A stretch of 63,920 nt of DNA, filler included. It is 7 parts of 7 records of this genome, joined end to end, with 100 filler letters (N's around TTAATTAATTAA, not from the genome) between each part and the next. Parts side by side here need not be neighbours in the genome. Positions count along the whole stretch, not along the records: positions 11,313 to 23,654 come from SRR31147125_6616; positions 23,755 to 30,477 come from SRR31147125_6630; 5 more parts are not named here. The stretch is one strand, 5' to 3'. How positions within the stretch are numbered: position 1 is the stretch's first letter; each line of letters starts with the position of its first letter. The notes beneath the pieces were generated by a model. It was not told the origin of the DNA, did no database searches, and worked only from the letters and a program-made list of their open reading frames with translations. The translations under genes and the position numbers were made by a program. This document shows, in pieces, positions 20,944 to 30,577 of the stretch.

Positions 20944-21984
20944 TTATTCCTGACCCTTAATAATGCGACGGGAAGAGCGTATACGGTCACAGAAGACAGC
21001 ATTTTTACATGTGTTTTCATGTTCATATTCTGTGATATTGTTGATTGTTGTTTCGGCAATATTTTTGAGTGCCTCTCTGGTGAAGTATGCCTGGTGCCCA
21101 GTTATTATAACGTTATGGAAGGTTAGAAGACGAGCAAAGACATCATCCTGTATCAGATCATCTGAAAGATCTTCAAAGAACAGGTCGCCTTCTTCTTCAT
21201 AAACATCTATACCTAAAGAACCTATCTGTCCGCTCTTTAGACCTGTTGTTACTGCAACGGTATCGACAAGTCCGCCTCTGCTGGTGTTGATAAGCATTGC
21301 GCCTTTTTTCATCTCTTTTATAGACTCTTCATTGATAATATAATGAGTCTCTGGGGTTAAAGGGCAGTGCAGGGTTATGATGTCGCTCTGCTGGAGCAGG
21401 GTGTTCAAGTCAGTGTATTCACAGATCTTTTCATCAACGAGTTTCTTATTAGGGTATTGGTCGTAAGCAAGAACCTTGCAGCCGAAGCCGGAGCTGAGTA
21501 TGCGAGCCGCAATGCCTCCAATCTTACCTGTGCCGATGACTCCGACTGTCTTACCGTGAACATCAAAACCGAGCAAACCGGAAAGAGCAAAGTTGCCTTC
21601 TCGAATGCGGTTGTGTGCTCTGTGTATCTTTCTGTTTAAAGACATTATCAGAGATATTGCATGTTCCGCAACTCCATATGGTGAATATTCAGGAACTCTG
21701 GCAACACATACCCCGAATTCACGGGCGGCATGGAGGTCGACATTATTAAAACCTGCACAACGTAGTGCAATAAATTTTGTGCCGCCTTCTGCGAGTTCTT
21801 TGATTACCTCTCGGTCTGCAGCATCGTTGACAAAAATACAGGCACATTCATAACCATGTGCAAGCTTGACTGTCTCTATGTTAAGCTTAGTCTCAACATA
21901 CTTGACTGTATGATCTGATGCTGCAAGAGCATCCGCAAAAGATGTGCGGTCATAGGGTTTGGTATTAAAAATTATAATTTTCAT
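20944..21984 (-). CDS. ldhA: D-lactate dehydrogenase (D-2-hydroxyacid dehydrogenase)
   Basis: RCAGFNNVD, RVPEYSP, GVIGTGKIG, LHCPL, NTSRG, DVYEEE, TGHQA. Confidence 0.9.
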   Translation of the reverse strand: MKIIIFNTKPYDRTSFADALAASDHTVKYVETKLNIETVKLAHGYECACIFVNDAADREVIKELAEGGTKFIALRCAGFNNVDLHAAREFGVCVARVPEYSPYGVAEHAISLIMSLNRKIHRAHNRIREGNFALSGLLGFDVHGKTVGVIGTGKIGGIAARILSSGFGCKVLAYDQYPNKKLVDEKICEYTDLNTLLQQSDIITLHCPLTPETHYIINEESIKEMKKGAMLINTSRGGLVDTVAVTTGLKSGQIGSLGIDVYEEEGDLFFEDLSDDLIQDDVFARLLTFHNVIITGHQAYFTREALKNIAETTINNITEYEHENTCKNAVFCDRIRSSRRIIKGQE

Positions 21985-22031
21985 TTCGGCTCCTCTCATA
22001 ATTGCAAACTTATTTCCAGTTCAGCCATGAA

Positions 22032-22069
22032 AGAAGGGGAATTAATTCCTACAGATCAATTCCCCTTCT
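22032..22069 (-). terminator. Hairpin downstream of clpP
   Basis: agaaggggaatt ... aattccccttct inverted repeat. Confidence 0.55.
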
Positions 22070-22117
22070 CAAAAGATAATATATATCTTTATAATACTAT
22101 GTCAGAAAAAAGCAGGC

Positions 22118-22714
22118 TTACTCCGCTTCGCTCTTCTTTTCTATAATCTTGCTAACCAAACCATATGTAACTGACTCCTCAGGACTCATCCAAAAATCAC
22201 GGTCGGCATCCTTCTTGAGTGTTTCCAGATCTTTGCCTGTAACATTGGCAACGATACTGTTGTAGCGTTCACGTGTTTTATTGATCTCGTTGGCGGTGAT
22301 CTCCATATCCGAAGCACTGCCACGTACGCCTGTAGATGGTTGATGGAGCAGGAAGCGGCTATTCGGAGTAGAGTAGTTCTTTCCTTCATCAGCACCAAGG
22401 AAGATTGTAACTGCTGCGCTGGCACATAAACCACAGACAACTGTGATTACAGGTGCTTCAATAAAACGCATCATATCATATATGCCGAAACCACTATCAG
22501 CATCACCACCGGGGCTGTTGATATACATATAAATTGGTTCTTCAGTTGAGCGCTGGTTCAACATCAGCAATTGTCCGTAAACCTTCTTGGCGAGTTCCTC
22601 GCTTACTTCCTCTGAAATCATGATAGAGCGGGTCTTGAGCATCTCCTGTTCAAGAGCATTACCGTCTTTCTTCTCTTCTTCTTTATTGTCACAATCATCA
22701 CAATCAAATCTCAT
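22118..22714 (-). CDS. clpP: ATP-dependent Clp protease proteolytic subunit
   Basis: YINSPGG, GLCASAA (Ser), LLHQP (His), DRDFW (Asp). Confidence 0.93.
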   Translation of the reverse strand: MRFDCDDCDNKEEEKKDGNALEQEMLKTRSIMISEEVSEELAKKVYGQLLMLNQRSTEEPIYMYINSPGGDADSGFGIYDMMRFIEAPVITVVCGLCASAAVTIFLGADEGKNYSTPNSRFLLHQPSTGVRGSASDMEITANEINKTRERYNSIVANVTGKDLETLKKDADRDFWMSPEESVTYGLVSKIIEKKSEAE

Positions 22715-23120
22715 TATTATATGTCTCCTGAAAATATATGAGTAAATATTATTCGCAAATTATCAATTAATACTCTGAAAATAGAGGATTAAGTATTAAT
22801 GAATTATACAGAAAAGATAAAAAAGAAAAAGCTTTAAAATTATGATTTATAGATTAACATTTATTTTGTTGATGCTTGGGGTTTTCTTTTGTAAAACAAT
22901 GATTTGAATTGTTTATATTTGAGATCTTGATGTCAAGGAAATTATGGGTATTTGTTTGTAATGTAGGGCGGTATAAAAATATATTTTGATAAATTCAGGG
23001 GCAAAATATAGAAAAATTTTATCTGTTTGTAAGCTTTCCAAATAACTGAAATATCAGGATGTTGTAAGTTTGTGTCATGGGGTGAGGGGTAGGTAAAGGA
23101 TGGAAAAGATGAGAGTTTAC

Positions 23121-23149
23121 TTGACAACTTTTGTCGAAATTAGTAGAAT
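23121..23149 (+). promoter_or_regulatory. sigma70-type promoter
   Basis: TTGACA-17 nt-TAGAAT upstream of 23289. Confidence 0.7.
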
Positions 23150-23167
23150 GGAAGTTGTAAATGGTCG

Positions 23168-23183
23168 ATACCATATATAGGGG
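23168..23183 (+). promoter_or_regulatory. Putative NrdR box
   Basis: ataCcAtATaTaGggg matches the core of the NrdR consensus acaCwAtATaTwGtgt, lies just downstream of the -10, and precedes an NrdD-like gene. Confidence 0.6.
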
Positions 23184-23288
23184 TGGAGGAGGTTACTCCA
23201 CAAATTGCTGTATGTTTCGGTCGTTTCTATAGATATATGAAATGTTGCTTTTTTTAAGAAATAATTTTTAGAATAAGGAGTTGTAGAT

Positions 23289-23618
23289 ATGAAATTAACA
23301 GATTTTTTTGATGCTGTTGAAGCACATCCTGAGTTGGTTGGTGAAGGTCTTGACAGTACAGAAGACAAAATCCCTGGTTGTGTTGTAAGGCATATTCAGA
23401 GTGGTCTCTCTACTCGTCTGCCACTTGCTGCTGTTGAAGAAGCTGACTGGGCTGTAATTGAAGATGTGCTGACATGTAAACGTGAGCCTGTTGCACTTCA
23501 GCGTATGACAAGAGTTGTCGGGTATTTCTCTCGTATTGATAACTGGAATAAATCAAAGCTGGGGGAACTCAAAGACCGTCATGCGGGTAGCTATAAACTT
23601 GCTGAGTCTGCTGTATAG
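23289..23618 (+). CDS. Small stand-alone protein with the class III ribonucleotide reductase C-terminal glycyl-radical motif
   Basis: RBS taaggag; MTRVVGYFSRIDNWNKSKLGELKDR matches the NrdD C-terminal RxxGY...WNxxKxxExxDR; only 109 aa. Confidence 0.85.
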   Translation: MKLTDFFDAVEAHPELVGEGLDSTEDKIPGCVVRHIQSGLSTRLPLAAVEEADWAVIEDVLTCKREPVALQRMTRVVGYFSRIDNWNKSKLGELKDRHAGSYKLAESAV

Positions 23619-23654
23619 TCGGGTAGACGATAAGTTTTAATAAATATATAAGGG

Positions 23655-23754
23655 NNNNNNNNNNNNNNNNNNNNNNNNNNNNNNNNNNNNNNNNNNNNTT
23701 AATTAATTAANNNNNNNNNNNNNNNNNNNNNNNNNNNNNNNNNNNNNNNNNNNN
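23655..23754. other. Artificial contig spacer
   Basis: N-ttaattaattaa-N. Confidence 0.98.
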
Positions 23755-23779
23755 GTAAAAGAGAGGGGTACTTTTAATT

Positions 23780-25609
23780 ATGAAAAGTTTACTGAAATTT
23801 ATAACTTGCGGATCAGTTGATGATGGGAAATCAACTTTAATAGGACACTTACTCTACGATGCTAAACTTATTTTCGCAGATCAAAAAAAAGCACTTGAGC
23901 TTGATAGTAAAGTTGGGAGTAGGGGAGGAGAGGTAGATTATTCCTTACTTCTTGATGGTTTAATGGCTGAAAGAGAACAAGGAATTACTATAGATGTAGC
24001 ATACAGATACTTTACAACAAACAAAAGATCTTTTATTGTTGCGGATACTCCTGGTCATGAACAGTATACAAGAAATATGGCAGTTGGAGCTTCATTTGCA
24101 GACCTTGCAATAATATTAGTTGATGCAACTCAAGGTGTTTTAGTTCAAACAAAAAGACACGCTAGAATATGTTCAATGATGGGAATAAAACATTTTGTTT
24201 TGGTAGTTAATAAGATGGATTTACTTCATTATGATAATCATAGATTTGAAGAGGTTAAACAGGATTTTTTAGAAATAGTTGCAGGTTTTGATGTAAATAG
24301 TATCCAAATAATTCCAATGTCAGCTACAGAAGGGGATAATATTACTAAAAAATCATTAAATACATTATGGTACGAAGGAGAGCCGTTGCTTCCTTACCTA
24401 GAAAATATTGAAGTGCTAAATGAGGCTAGTAAAGGATTTGTAATGCCAGTTCAAAGAGTTTGCAGACCAAACTTAGAATTTAGAGGATTTCAAGGACAAA
24501 TTGAATCGGGAGAAATATGCCTAAATGAGGAAATAGAAGTTTTACCTAGTAAAGAAAAAGTAAAAATTAAGAGTATTTTAGTTGGAGATAAAAATGCCGA
24601 GACAGCTCAAGTGGGCCAGGCAATAACTCTAGAGTTAACTAAGGAAGTAGATGTCTCTAGAGGTGCGGTGTTTACAAAAGATTCAACAGTAGAACTAGCG
24701 GATATGTTTACAGCTTCAATTTTATGGATGGACGAAATAGAACTACTCGAAGGTAGAAATTATTTAATTAAAATCGGAACAAAGATCTTACCAGCAACAG
24801 TAATGAAGATAAAATACAAAATAGATGTTAATACAGGAAAGCATATTTCAGCGGAGAAACTATTTAAAAATGAGATTGCAGTATGCGACTTATTTTTATC
24901 AGAAAATGCTGTTTTTGATAAATTTAAAAATAATATTTCTCTAGGTAGCTTCATCTTAATTGATAGAGTTAGTAATATGACTTCAGCTTGTGGAGTTATT
25001 GAACATTCATTAAGAAGATCAACTAATGTTGTTTGGCAAGAAACAGATATTACTAGAGAAATTCGAGCTAAACAAAAGATGCAAACTCCATTTACTATCT
25101 GGTTTACTGGCTTATCAGGTTCAGGAAAATCAACTCTTGCAAATGAGATAGAGAAAAACTTAGTTGCTTTAGGAAAACATACTATGCTACTTGATGGAGA
25201 TAACGTTAGGTACGGATTAAATAAAAATTTAGGCTTTAAAGAAGTTGATAGAGTAGAGAACATAAGAAGAATAGCTGAAGTATCAAAATTAATGAATGAT
25301 GCAGGCTTGATAACAATAACCTCATTTATATCACCGTTTAGAGATGATAGAGAAAATGCTAGAGAGATTATCGGGGAAAATTTTATAGAAATATTTGTAA
25401 GTACTCCTTTAGAAGAGTGTGAGAGAAGAGATGTAAAAGGTCTTTATAAAAAAGCCAGAGCAGGCGAGATACCTAATTTTACAGGGATATCAAATCCTTA
25501 CGAAAAACCTGAAAACCCATTTCTAGAAATTGACACATCAAAAATAAAGATAGCTGATGCAGTAAAATTAATTTTGGATGAAATAGTAAAAAAGTTAGAA
25601 ATTCAATAA
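23780..25609 (+). CDS. cysNC: Bifunctional sulfate adenylyltransferase subunit 1 / adenylylsulfate kinase
   Basis: GSVDDGKST, EREQGITID, DTPGH, NKMD; APS kinase WFTGLSGSGKST, LDGDNVR, RDVKGLY. Confidence 0.93.
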   Translation: MKSLLKFITCGSVDDGKSTLIGHLLYDAKLIFADQKKALELDSKVGSRGGEVDYSLLLDGLMAEREQGITIDVAYRYFTTNKRSFIVADTPGHEQYTRNMAVGASFADLAIILVDATQGVLVQTKRHARICSMMGIKHFVLVVNKMDLLHYDNHRFEEVKQDFLEIVAGFDVNSIQIIPMSATEGDNITKKSLNTLWYEGEPLLPYLENIEVLNEASKGFVMPVQRVCRPNLEFRGFQGQIESGEICLNEEIEVLPSKEKVKIKSILVGDKNAETAQVGQAITLELTKEVDVSRGAVFTKDSTVELADMFTASILWMDEIELLEGRNYLIKIGTKILPATVMKIKYKIDVNTGKHISAEKLFKNEIAVCDLFLSENAVFDKFKNNISLGSFILIDRVSNMTSACGVIEHSLRRSTNVVWQETDITREIRAKQKMQTPFTIWFTGLSGSGKSTLANEIEKNLVALGKHTMLLDGDNVRYGLNKNLGFKEVDRVENIRRIAEVSKLMNDAGLITITSFISPFRDDRENAREIIGENFIEIFVSTPLEECERRDVKGLYKKARAGEIPNFTGISNPYEKPENPFLEIDTSKIKIADAVKLILDEIVKKLEIQ

Positions 25610-25616
25610 TAACTTA

Positions 25617-25644
25617 AGAAAGATACCTTCAAAGGTATCTTTCT
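25617..25644. terminator. Bidirectional terminator
   Basis: agaaagatacct-tcaa-aggtatctttct between convergent genes. Confidence 0.75.
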
Positions 25645-25674
25645 GTTTAAATAGAATGTTTTCAGTTTTACAAG

Positions 25675-27144
25675 TTAATTTTTTATCTGATTTCTACCAG
25701 CATCTTTAGCTTCATAAAGTTTTTTATCTGCTCTATCAATTAAAGAATTAATGGTATCTTCAGCAGTTAAAACTGAGATTCCACCACTAATAGTTTGTTT
25801 AAGATCAAGTTTTTCAAACTCATATCTCTCAAATGCAGTTCTTATTTTTTCAGCAGCAATAACAGCCCCTTCAATTGAAGTATGAGGAAGGATAATCATA
25901 AATTCCTCTCCACCATATCTACCAACAAAATCAGAATCTCGCGTAAAATCTTTGAGTATTTTAGCACTGATTCTTAAAACTTCGTCACCAACTAAATGCC
26001 CGAATGTATCATTTACACTTTTAAATTTATCTAAATCCAACAATATAATACTTAGATGTTCTTTATTTGTTTTAGATTCTTCTATTTGTTCACACAATTC
26101 GTTCATAATAGATTTATGATTTTGCAAACTAGTAAGACCATCCATCTGTAATAGTTTATTAAGTTTTTTATTTGCTGCTTCCAATTCGCTAGTTCTCTCT
26201 TGTACAAGCATCTCAAGTTTTTTCTTATTATTCTTAAGGAAAATTTCTACCTTTTTCTGACTAGTAATATCCTTTATTGTAGCAAGTATTTTAACAGTTC
26301 CAAAATAATCTACTTTTGCTCCGCTGAAAATAACTCTTATTTTTTGTTGTGTACTTCGATGAATTAAATCAGTTTCAAATGTTATGCTGTCAACGTCATC
26401 AAATATTAAATCTAAAAAGTGTTTAGATATTTTTTCGTAATGTTCTTTGTCGATATAAGTTTCAAATTTTTCACCTAAAATTTCATCAGAGCCAAGTCCT
26501 ATCATATTAAGAAAAATATCATTAACTTCCTCTATCCGATTATTACCAAGCATAATTAGTCCATCTTGGATGTTCATAGCTATTTGGCGGTATTTCTCTT
26601 CTGATTTCTCAATTCCCTCCAAATGTTCTTGATAATTATCTAAGATAGTATTAACCCATTTAAGTAAGTAAAAAACGACAGTAAAAGTAAGATTGATTAG
26701 AATTAAAAACCTAAGAAATAGTATATTTTCTATTTCGTTCTGAAGAATGAAACTTGAATCGATAATATATATGCAAAGTAGAATAAACATAGAGATTGAA
26801 TGATAAATCATCAAAACATTTCTATTGAGATATAATGCCGAGCAAATAAGTGCTGGAAAAAATATCGGAATTATCATTGTTGGGGAAAAAGCCTTAGTAA
26901 TAATTGTGACTGCAATGGTTCCAATAAAAGAAAAAGTTATAAAATAAACTTTAAACTTTGGATTAACCTTCTTATGGAAATAAATGAAGTTAACTGCAGC
27001 AAGAATAAGTGTAGTGAAAAATATTGGAATTATCAATCCTTTTATTATATATAAAATCATAAATAAAAATAAAATAGAATCAATTATAATTAAATTTAGT
27101 TTTAACGCTACTGGTCTTGTGTTCATGCTTCTTACTTCCATCAT
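25675..27144 (-). CDS. Membrane-bound PAS-GGDEF diguanylate cyclase
   Basis: Several N-terminal TM segments, PAS (EEKYR..., KDIT), DGLT, DLDKFKSVND, RDSD I-site, RYGGEEF. Confidence 0.92.
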   Translation of the reverse strand: MMEVRSMNTRPVALKLNLIIIDSILFLFMILYIIKGLIIPIFFTTLILAAVNFIYFHKKVNPKFKVYFITFSFIGTIAVTIITKAFSPTMIIPIFFPALICSALYLNRNVLMIYHSISMFILLCIYIIDSSFILQNEIENILFLRFLILINLTFTVVFYLLKWVNTILDNYQEHLEGIEKSEEKYRQIAMNIQDGLIMLGNNRIEEVNDIFLNMIGLGSDEILGEKFETYIDKEHYEKISKHFLDLIFDDVDSITFETDLIHRSTQQKIRVIFSGAKVDYFGTVKILATIKDITSQKKVEIFLKNNKKKLEMLVQERTSELEAANKKLNKLLQMDGLTSLQNHKSIMNELCEQIEESKTNKEHLSIILLDLDKFKSVNDTFGHLVGDEVLRISAKILKDFTRDSDFVGRYGGEEFMIILPHTSIEGAVIAAEKIRTAFERYEFEKLDLKQTISGGISVLTAEDTINSLIDRADKKLYEAKDAGRNQIKN

Positions 27145-27523
27145 GTATCTTCACCTCCAATTATTTTTTAAGTCAAAAGGCCTTAATTTGACTTGGTTCA
27201 GAAAAAGAATAGTTTCTAATTATTTTTTTAAATCGAAATTAACACTTACTACTGAATGTTTTCTTTATATTATTGTTATAAAAACAACTTAGCTTCTACT
27301 CTATTTTACCACCTAAGAGAAAAAAAGCAATTGAGAATTGCATATTTTTAAATTTGGGTAAAAAAATAATCGTTATTTTATACAAAAATTGATTTTTTAA
27401 TAAATAATAGTAAGTTTTATTGTTGAAAATGACTGAAATTAATAATTTGATTTCTGATTTTGATGATTCTTACAAAAACGAACTAATATAAAAAATTAGA
27501 TATCAAATATGCTGTAAAGCTCT

Positions 27524-27552
27524 TTGAAAAGAGGTAACGGTTATGATATAAT
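27524..27552 (+). promoter_or_regulatory. sigma70-type promoter of the tdk-bioD operon
   Basis: TTGAAA-17 nt-TATAAT with extended TG. Confidence 0.65.
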
Positions 27553-27573
27553 ATTACTCAGAGGTGAAGAAAA

Positions 27574-28806
27574 GTGCATTTATTTTTAACAGAAGGAATG
27601 GGATGGATAGAAGTTATAACTGGAACAATGTTTTCAGGTAAAAGTGAAGAATTAATTAGAAGGCTTAGAAGAGCAAAATATGCTAATCAAAAAGTTGTGG
27701 CTTTTAAGCACTCAATAGATAAAAGATACGATGAAGAGAAACTGGCATCACATAATAAAAACTTTATAGAAGCAATAGCTGTAAAAGATGTTAAAGAGAT
27801 GGAAAAGCTTTTATTAAGTGAATATAGTGATGCAGAAGTTATAGGTATAGATGAAGTTCAATTTTTCGGTGAAGATATAGTTGAACTATTGGAAAAATTA
27901 GCTGACATGGGAAAAAGGGTAATGGTTGCAGGACTTGATCAAGACTTTAGAGGAGAGCCTTTTCATCCAATGCCAGAGATATTGGCTAGAGCTGAATATA
28001 TAGATAAATTAAATGCTATATGTATGGTTTGCGGAAATCCGGCATCAAGACCGCAGAGACTTGTTGACGGGGAACCAGCATATTATGACGATCCAATAAT
28101 AATGGTCGGAGCATCTGAGAGTTACGAAGCTAGATGTAGAAAATGTCATGTAGTGAGAAGAAGAGATTGCACAGATGGAAAGCTTTACTTTATTGTTGGA
28201 ACAAATACAGAGATAGGAAAAACTGTATCAACAATTGAACTAGTTAAAGCAGAGTTAGAAGCTGGGAAAAAAGTAGCAGTTTTAAAACCAGTAGAAACTG
28301 GAAAAGAACTATTTGGTGATAGTCTAGAGGGATCAGATACAAAAAAATATGCTGATTTATTAGGAAAAAGTGTTAGTGAAGTTAATGAGTACTTTTTTAC
28401 GAAACCTTTGTCGCCGCATTTAGCAGCAGCTCGTGATAATAGTGATATAGACTTAGAACTTATTAAAAAGAGAATAAATGAGGTATTAAAAGAAAATGAT
28501 GTAGTATTCGTAGAGGGGGCAGGAGGTTTGCTTGTTCCATATAAAGGTGAATACACTTACTTAGATTTACTTTCAGAGTTTAGACGAAGATCAGAAGTTA
28601 TTATTATTTCTGCAAATACACTTGGGACAATTAATCATACACTTTTAACAATAGATGTATTAAAGAGAAATGATATAAAGATAAAAGGTGTAGTTTATAA
28701 TAATAAAGATAATATAAAAGATGAAAGTTTTTTATCTGAGAACATTAGTACTATTGAGAAACTTTCCAAAGTAAAAACTTATAAAAGAATCGAATTTAAA
28801 AATTAA
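27574..28806 (+). CDS. Thymidine kinase-dethiobiotin synthase fusion (Tdk-BioD)
   Basis: [32 protein letters not shown]. Bio[31 protein letters not shown]. One open frame. Confidence 0.9.
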   Translation: MHLFLTEGMGWIEVITGTMFSGKSEELIRRLRRAKYANQKVVAFKHSIDKRYDEEKLASHNKNFIEAIAVKDVKEMEKLLLSEYSDAEVIGIDEVQFFGEDIVELLEKLADMGKRVMVAGLDQDFRGEPFHPMPEILARAEYIDKLNAICMVCGNPASRPQRLVDGEPAYYDDPIIMVGASESYEARCRKCHVVRRRDCTDGKLYFIVGTNTEIGKTVSTIELVKAELEAGKKVAVLKPVETGKELFGDSLEGSDTKKYADLLGKSVSEVNEYFFTKPLSPHLAAARDNSDIDLELIKKRINEVLKENDVVFVEGAGGLLVPYKGEYTYLDLLSEFRRRSEVIIISANTLGTINHTLLTIDVLKRNDIKIKGVVYNNKDNIKDESFLSENISTIEKLSKVKTYKRIEFKN

Positions 28807-28881
28807 TAAGCTGACATACAGTAGAATTGGAATAAATATTATTCTGAGGAATCTGGCTTAGAAAAAGAATTAAGGAGACTA

Positions 28882-29727
28882 ATGGATATAAGAAAATTGG
28901 AGAAAACAAAAAAGTTTGGATATCTTTTTTGGATTTCTTATAATGGGATAAAATTTGATTCTTTTGATGAAAATAAAAATAAAAGAAGTGTAAAAGGTGA
29001 GTTTATAAAAAAACTAAATGAACTAGGTGTAACATGGGCAAAAGGAGTACAACAAGCAGGACGAACAGATGCTGATGTTAGCGCTGATGAAAATATTCTA
29101 TACATTAGTTCATCTTACGCTAAAGATATGAACTTAGTAATTAAGAAATTTAACTCAGAAATGAAATATCTCAAGATAAATAAAATTGAAAAAACTCTTC
29201 CTGATTTAGTTTTACCTGATATGGTTGAGTCAAGAGAGTATAGATATTCATATCCTACTGAAAAAATAGGAATAGAAAAACAGGATATAGAAAATAAATG
29301 TGCTGAAATAAGTGGAACTTATGATGTAAGTTCTTTTACTGATATAAAGGGAATGAAACTCAAAGAAAAAGTAAGGACTGTAGATGTAAACTATCTTGAT
29401 AATGGAGAACTGTACTTCAAGGGAAATTCGTTTATGCCAAGGCAAGTTAGAATAATGTCGGCTTATATTTTTTCTGGAGAAAAGAAAGTTTTTCCTGCTA
29501 GATATCTCTCACTTGTAAAAATAAATCTTAAAGCACAGTATAAAGACTTGTATATTAGAGAGATAGAAGATAGAAAAATTGAAAAAGTTGAGAAAATAGA
29601 ACAAATAAGGGATGTTTATATTTTCTATGTGAAAAATGAGAATAAAAGTGAAATGATAGGAAAAAGAGGTAAAAATATAAAAAAACTCAGAAAAGAGTTT
29701 GGACAAATTGTAATTAAAGGGGTTTAA
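28882..29727 (+). CDS. TruA-like pseudouridine synthase with C-terminal KH-like motif
   Basis: ISYNG, AGRTDADVSA, GNSFMPRQVR; C-terminal MIGKRGKNIKKL. Confidence 0.75.
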   Translation: MDIRKLEKTKKFGYLFWISYNGIKFDSFDENKNKRSVKGEFIKKLNELGVTWAKGVQQAGRTDADVSADENILYISSSYAKDMNLVIKKFNSEMKYLKINKIEKTLPDLVLPDMVESREYRYSYPTEKIGIEKQDIENKCAEISGTYDVSSFTDIKGMKLKEKVRTVDVNYLDNGELYFKGNSFMPRQVRIMSAYIFSGEKKVFPARYLSLVKINLKAQYKDLYIREIEDRKIEKVEKIEQIRDVYIFYVKNENKSEMIGKRGKNIKKLRKEFGQIVIKGV

Positions 29728-29729
29728 TA

Positions 29730-30158
29730 ATGTTTTATAGGGTTAAGCAGGTTTTTAATCTCATTTTTCCTAATATTAAGGATGAGGATATTGAGTTTGC
29801 TAATACATATTTGAAGGACAATGAAAAAAAATATTTTAAAAAAATGTCAGCTTATGATAAGAGGCACTCGATAAATATCCTTAAAGAAGTGTTGGAAAAT
29901 GATTTGCTAAGAAATGATAACATATATTTTAGATTAGCTCTTCTACATGACTGTGGTAAAACTTCTAGAACGTCTTTGTTTCAAAGAGTTTATTATGTTT
30001 TTACAAAAAAAGGTGTTTTACAGTTTCATCCCAAACGAGGGTATGAACTTATGAAGAATCAGGACTATAAACTGGCTCTTCTTATTCTAAAACATCACAA
30101 TAAAAATATAATAAATGATAAACTTATTGAGTTTCAAAAAATTGATGATAAAAATTAG
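29730..30158 (+). CDS. HD-domain phosphohydrolase
   Basis: RHS...ALLHDCGK...HP...HH...DD. Confidence 0.8.
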   Translation: MFYRVKQVFNLIFPNIKDEDIEFANTYLKDNEKKYFKKMSAYDKRHSINILKEVLENDLLRNDNIYFRLALLHDCGKTSRTSLFQRVYYVFTKKGVLQFHPKRGYELMKNQDYKLALLILKHHNKNIINDKLIEFQKIDDKN

Positions 30159-30163
30159 AATTG

Positions 30164-30198
30164 GCTTTGCATGGTTCTCTTACCCTGCAAAGCTTTTT
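30164..30198 (+). terminator. Intrinsic terminator
   Basis: gctttgca...tgcaaagc followed by a T-run. Confidence 0.6.
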
Positions 30199-30274
30199 AA
30201 GCTTGATATGGAATTATTAAACAGGGTAGAAATTATATAGAAAAAGTAGTTAAATTATAAGGAGTAAAAAATAA

Positions 30275-30477
30275 ATGGTAAATATTGAAAAACATCTCTT
30301 AAATGTAGAGAAACCAGCACAATATCTAGGCAACGAATTAAATAGTGTACATAAAAAAGAGTTTAAAGCAAATATGTGCTTGGTGTTCCCCGATTTATAT
30401 GAGATAGGAATGTCAAATTTAGGAATAAAAATACTTTATTATATAGCAAATAAAGTTGACGGTTTTTTTATGGAGAG
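30275..30477 (+). CDS. B12-binding radical SAM protein (TIGR03960-like), N-terminal fragment
   Basis: VEKPAQYLGNELN, FPDLYEIGMSNLG; cut by the contig end. Confidence 0.8.
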
Positions 30478-30577
30478 NNNNNNNNNNNNNNNNNNNNNNN
30501 NNNNNNNNNNNNNNNNNNNNNTTAATTAATTAANNNNNNNNNNNNNNNNNNNNNNNNNNNNNNNNNNNNNNNNNNNN
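30478..30577. other. Artificial contig spacer
   Basis: N-ttaattaattaa-N. Confidence 0.98.

Noticed and set aside
23198-23213. Second NrdR box about 30 nt downstream of the first
   Set aside because: Only a partial match to the consensus, so not called.
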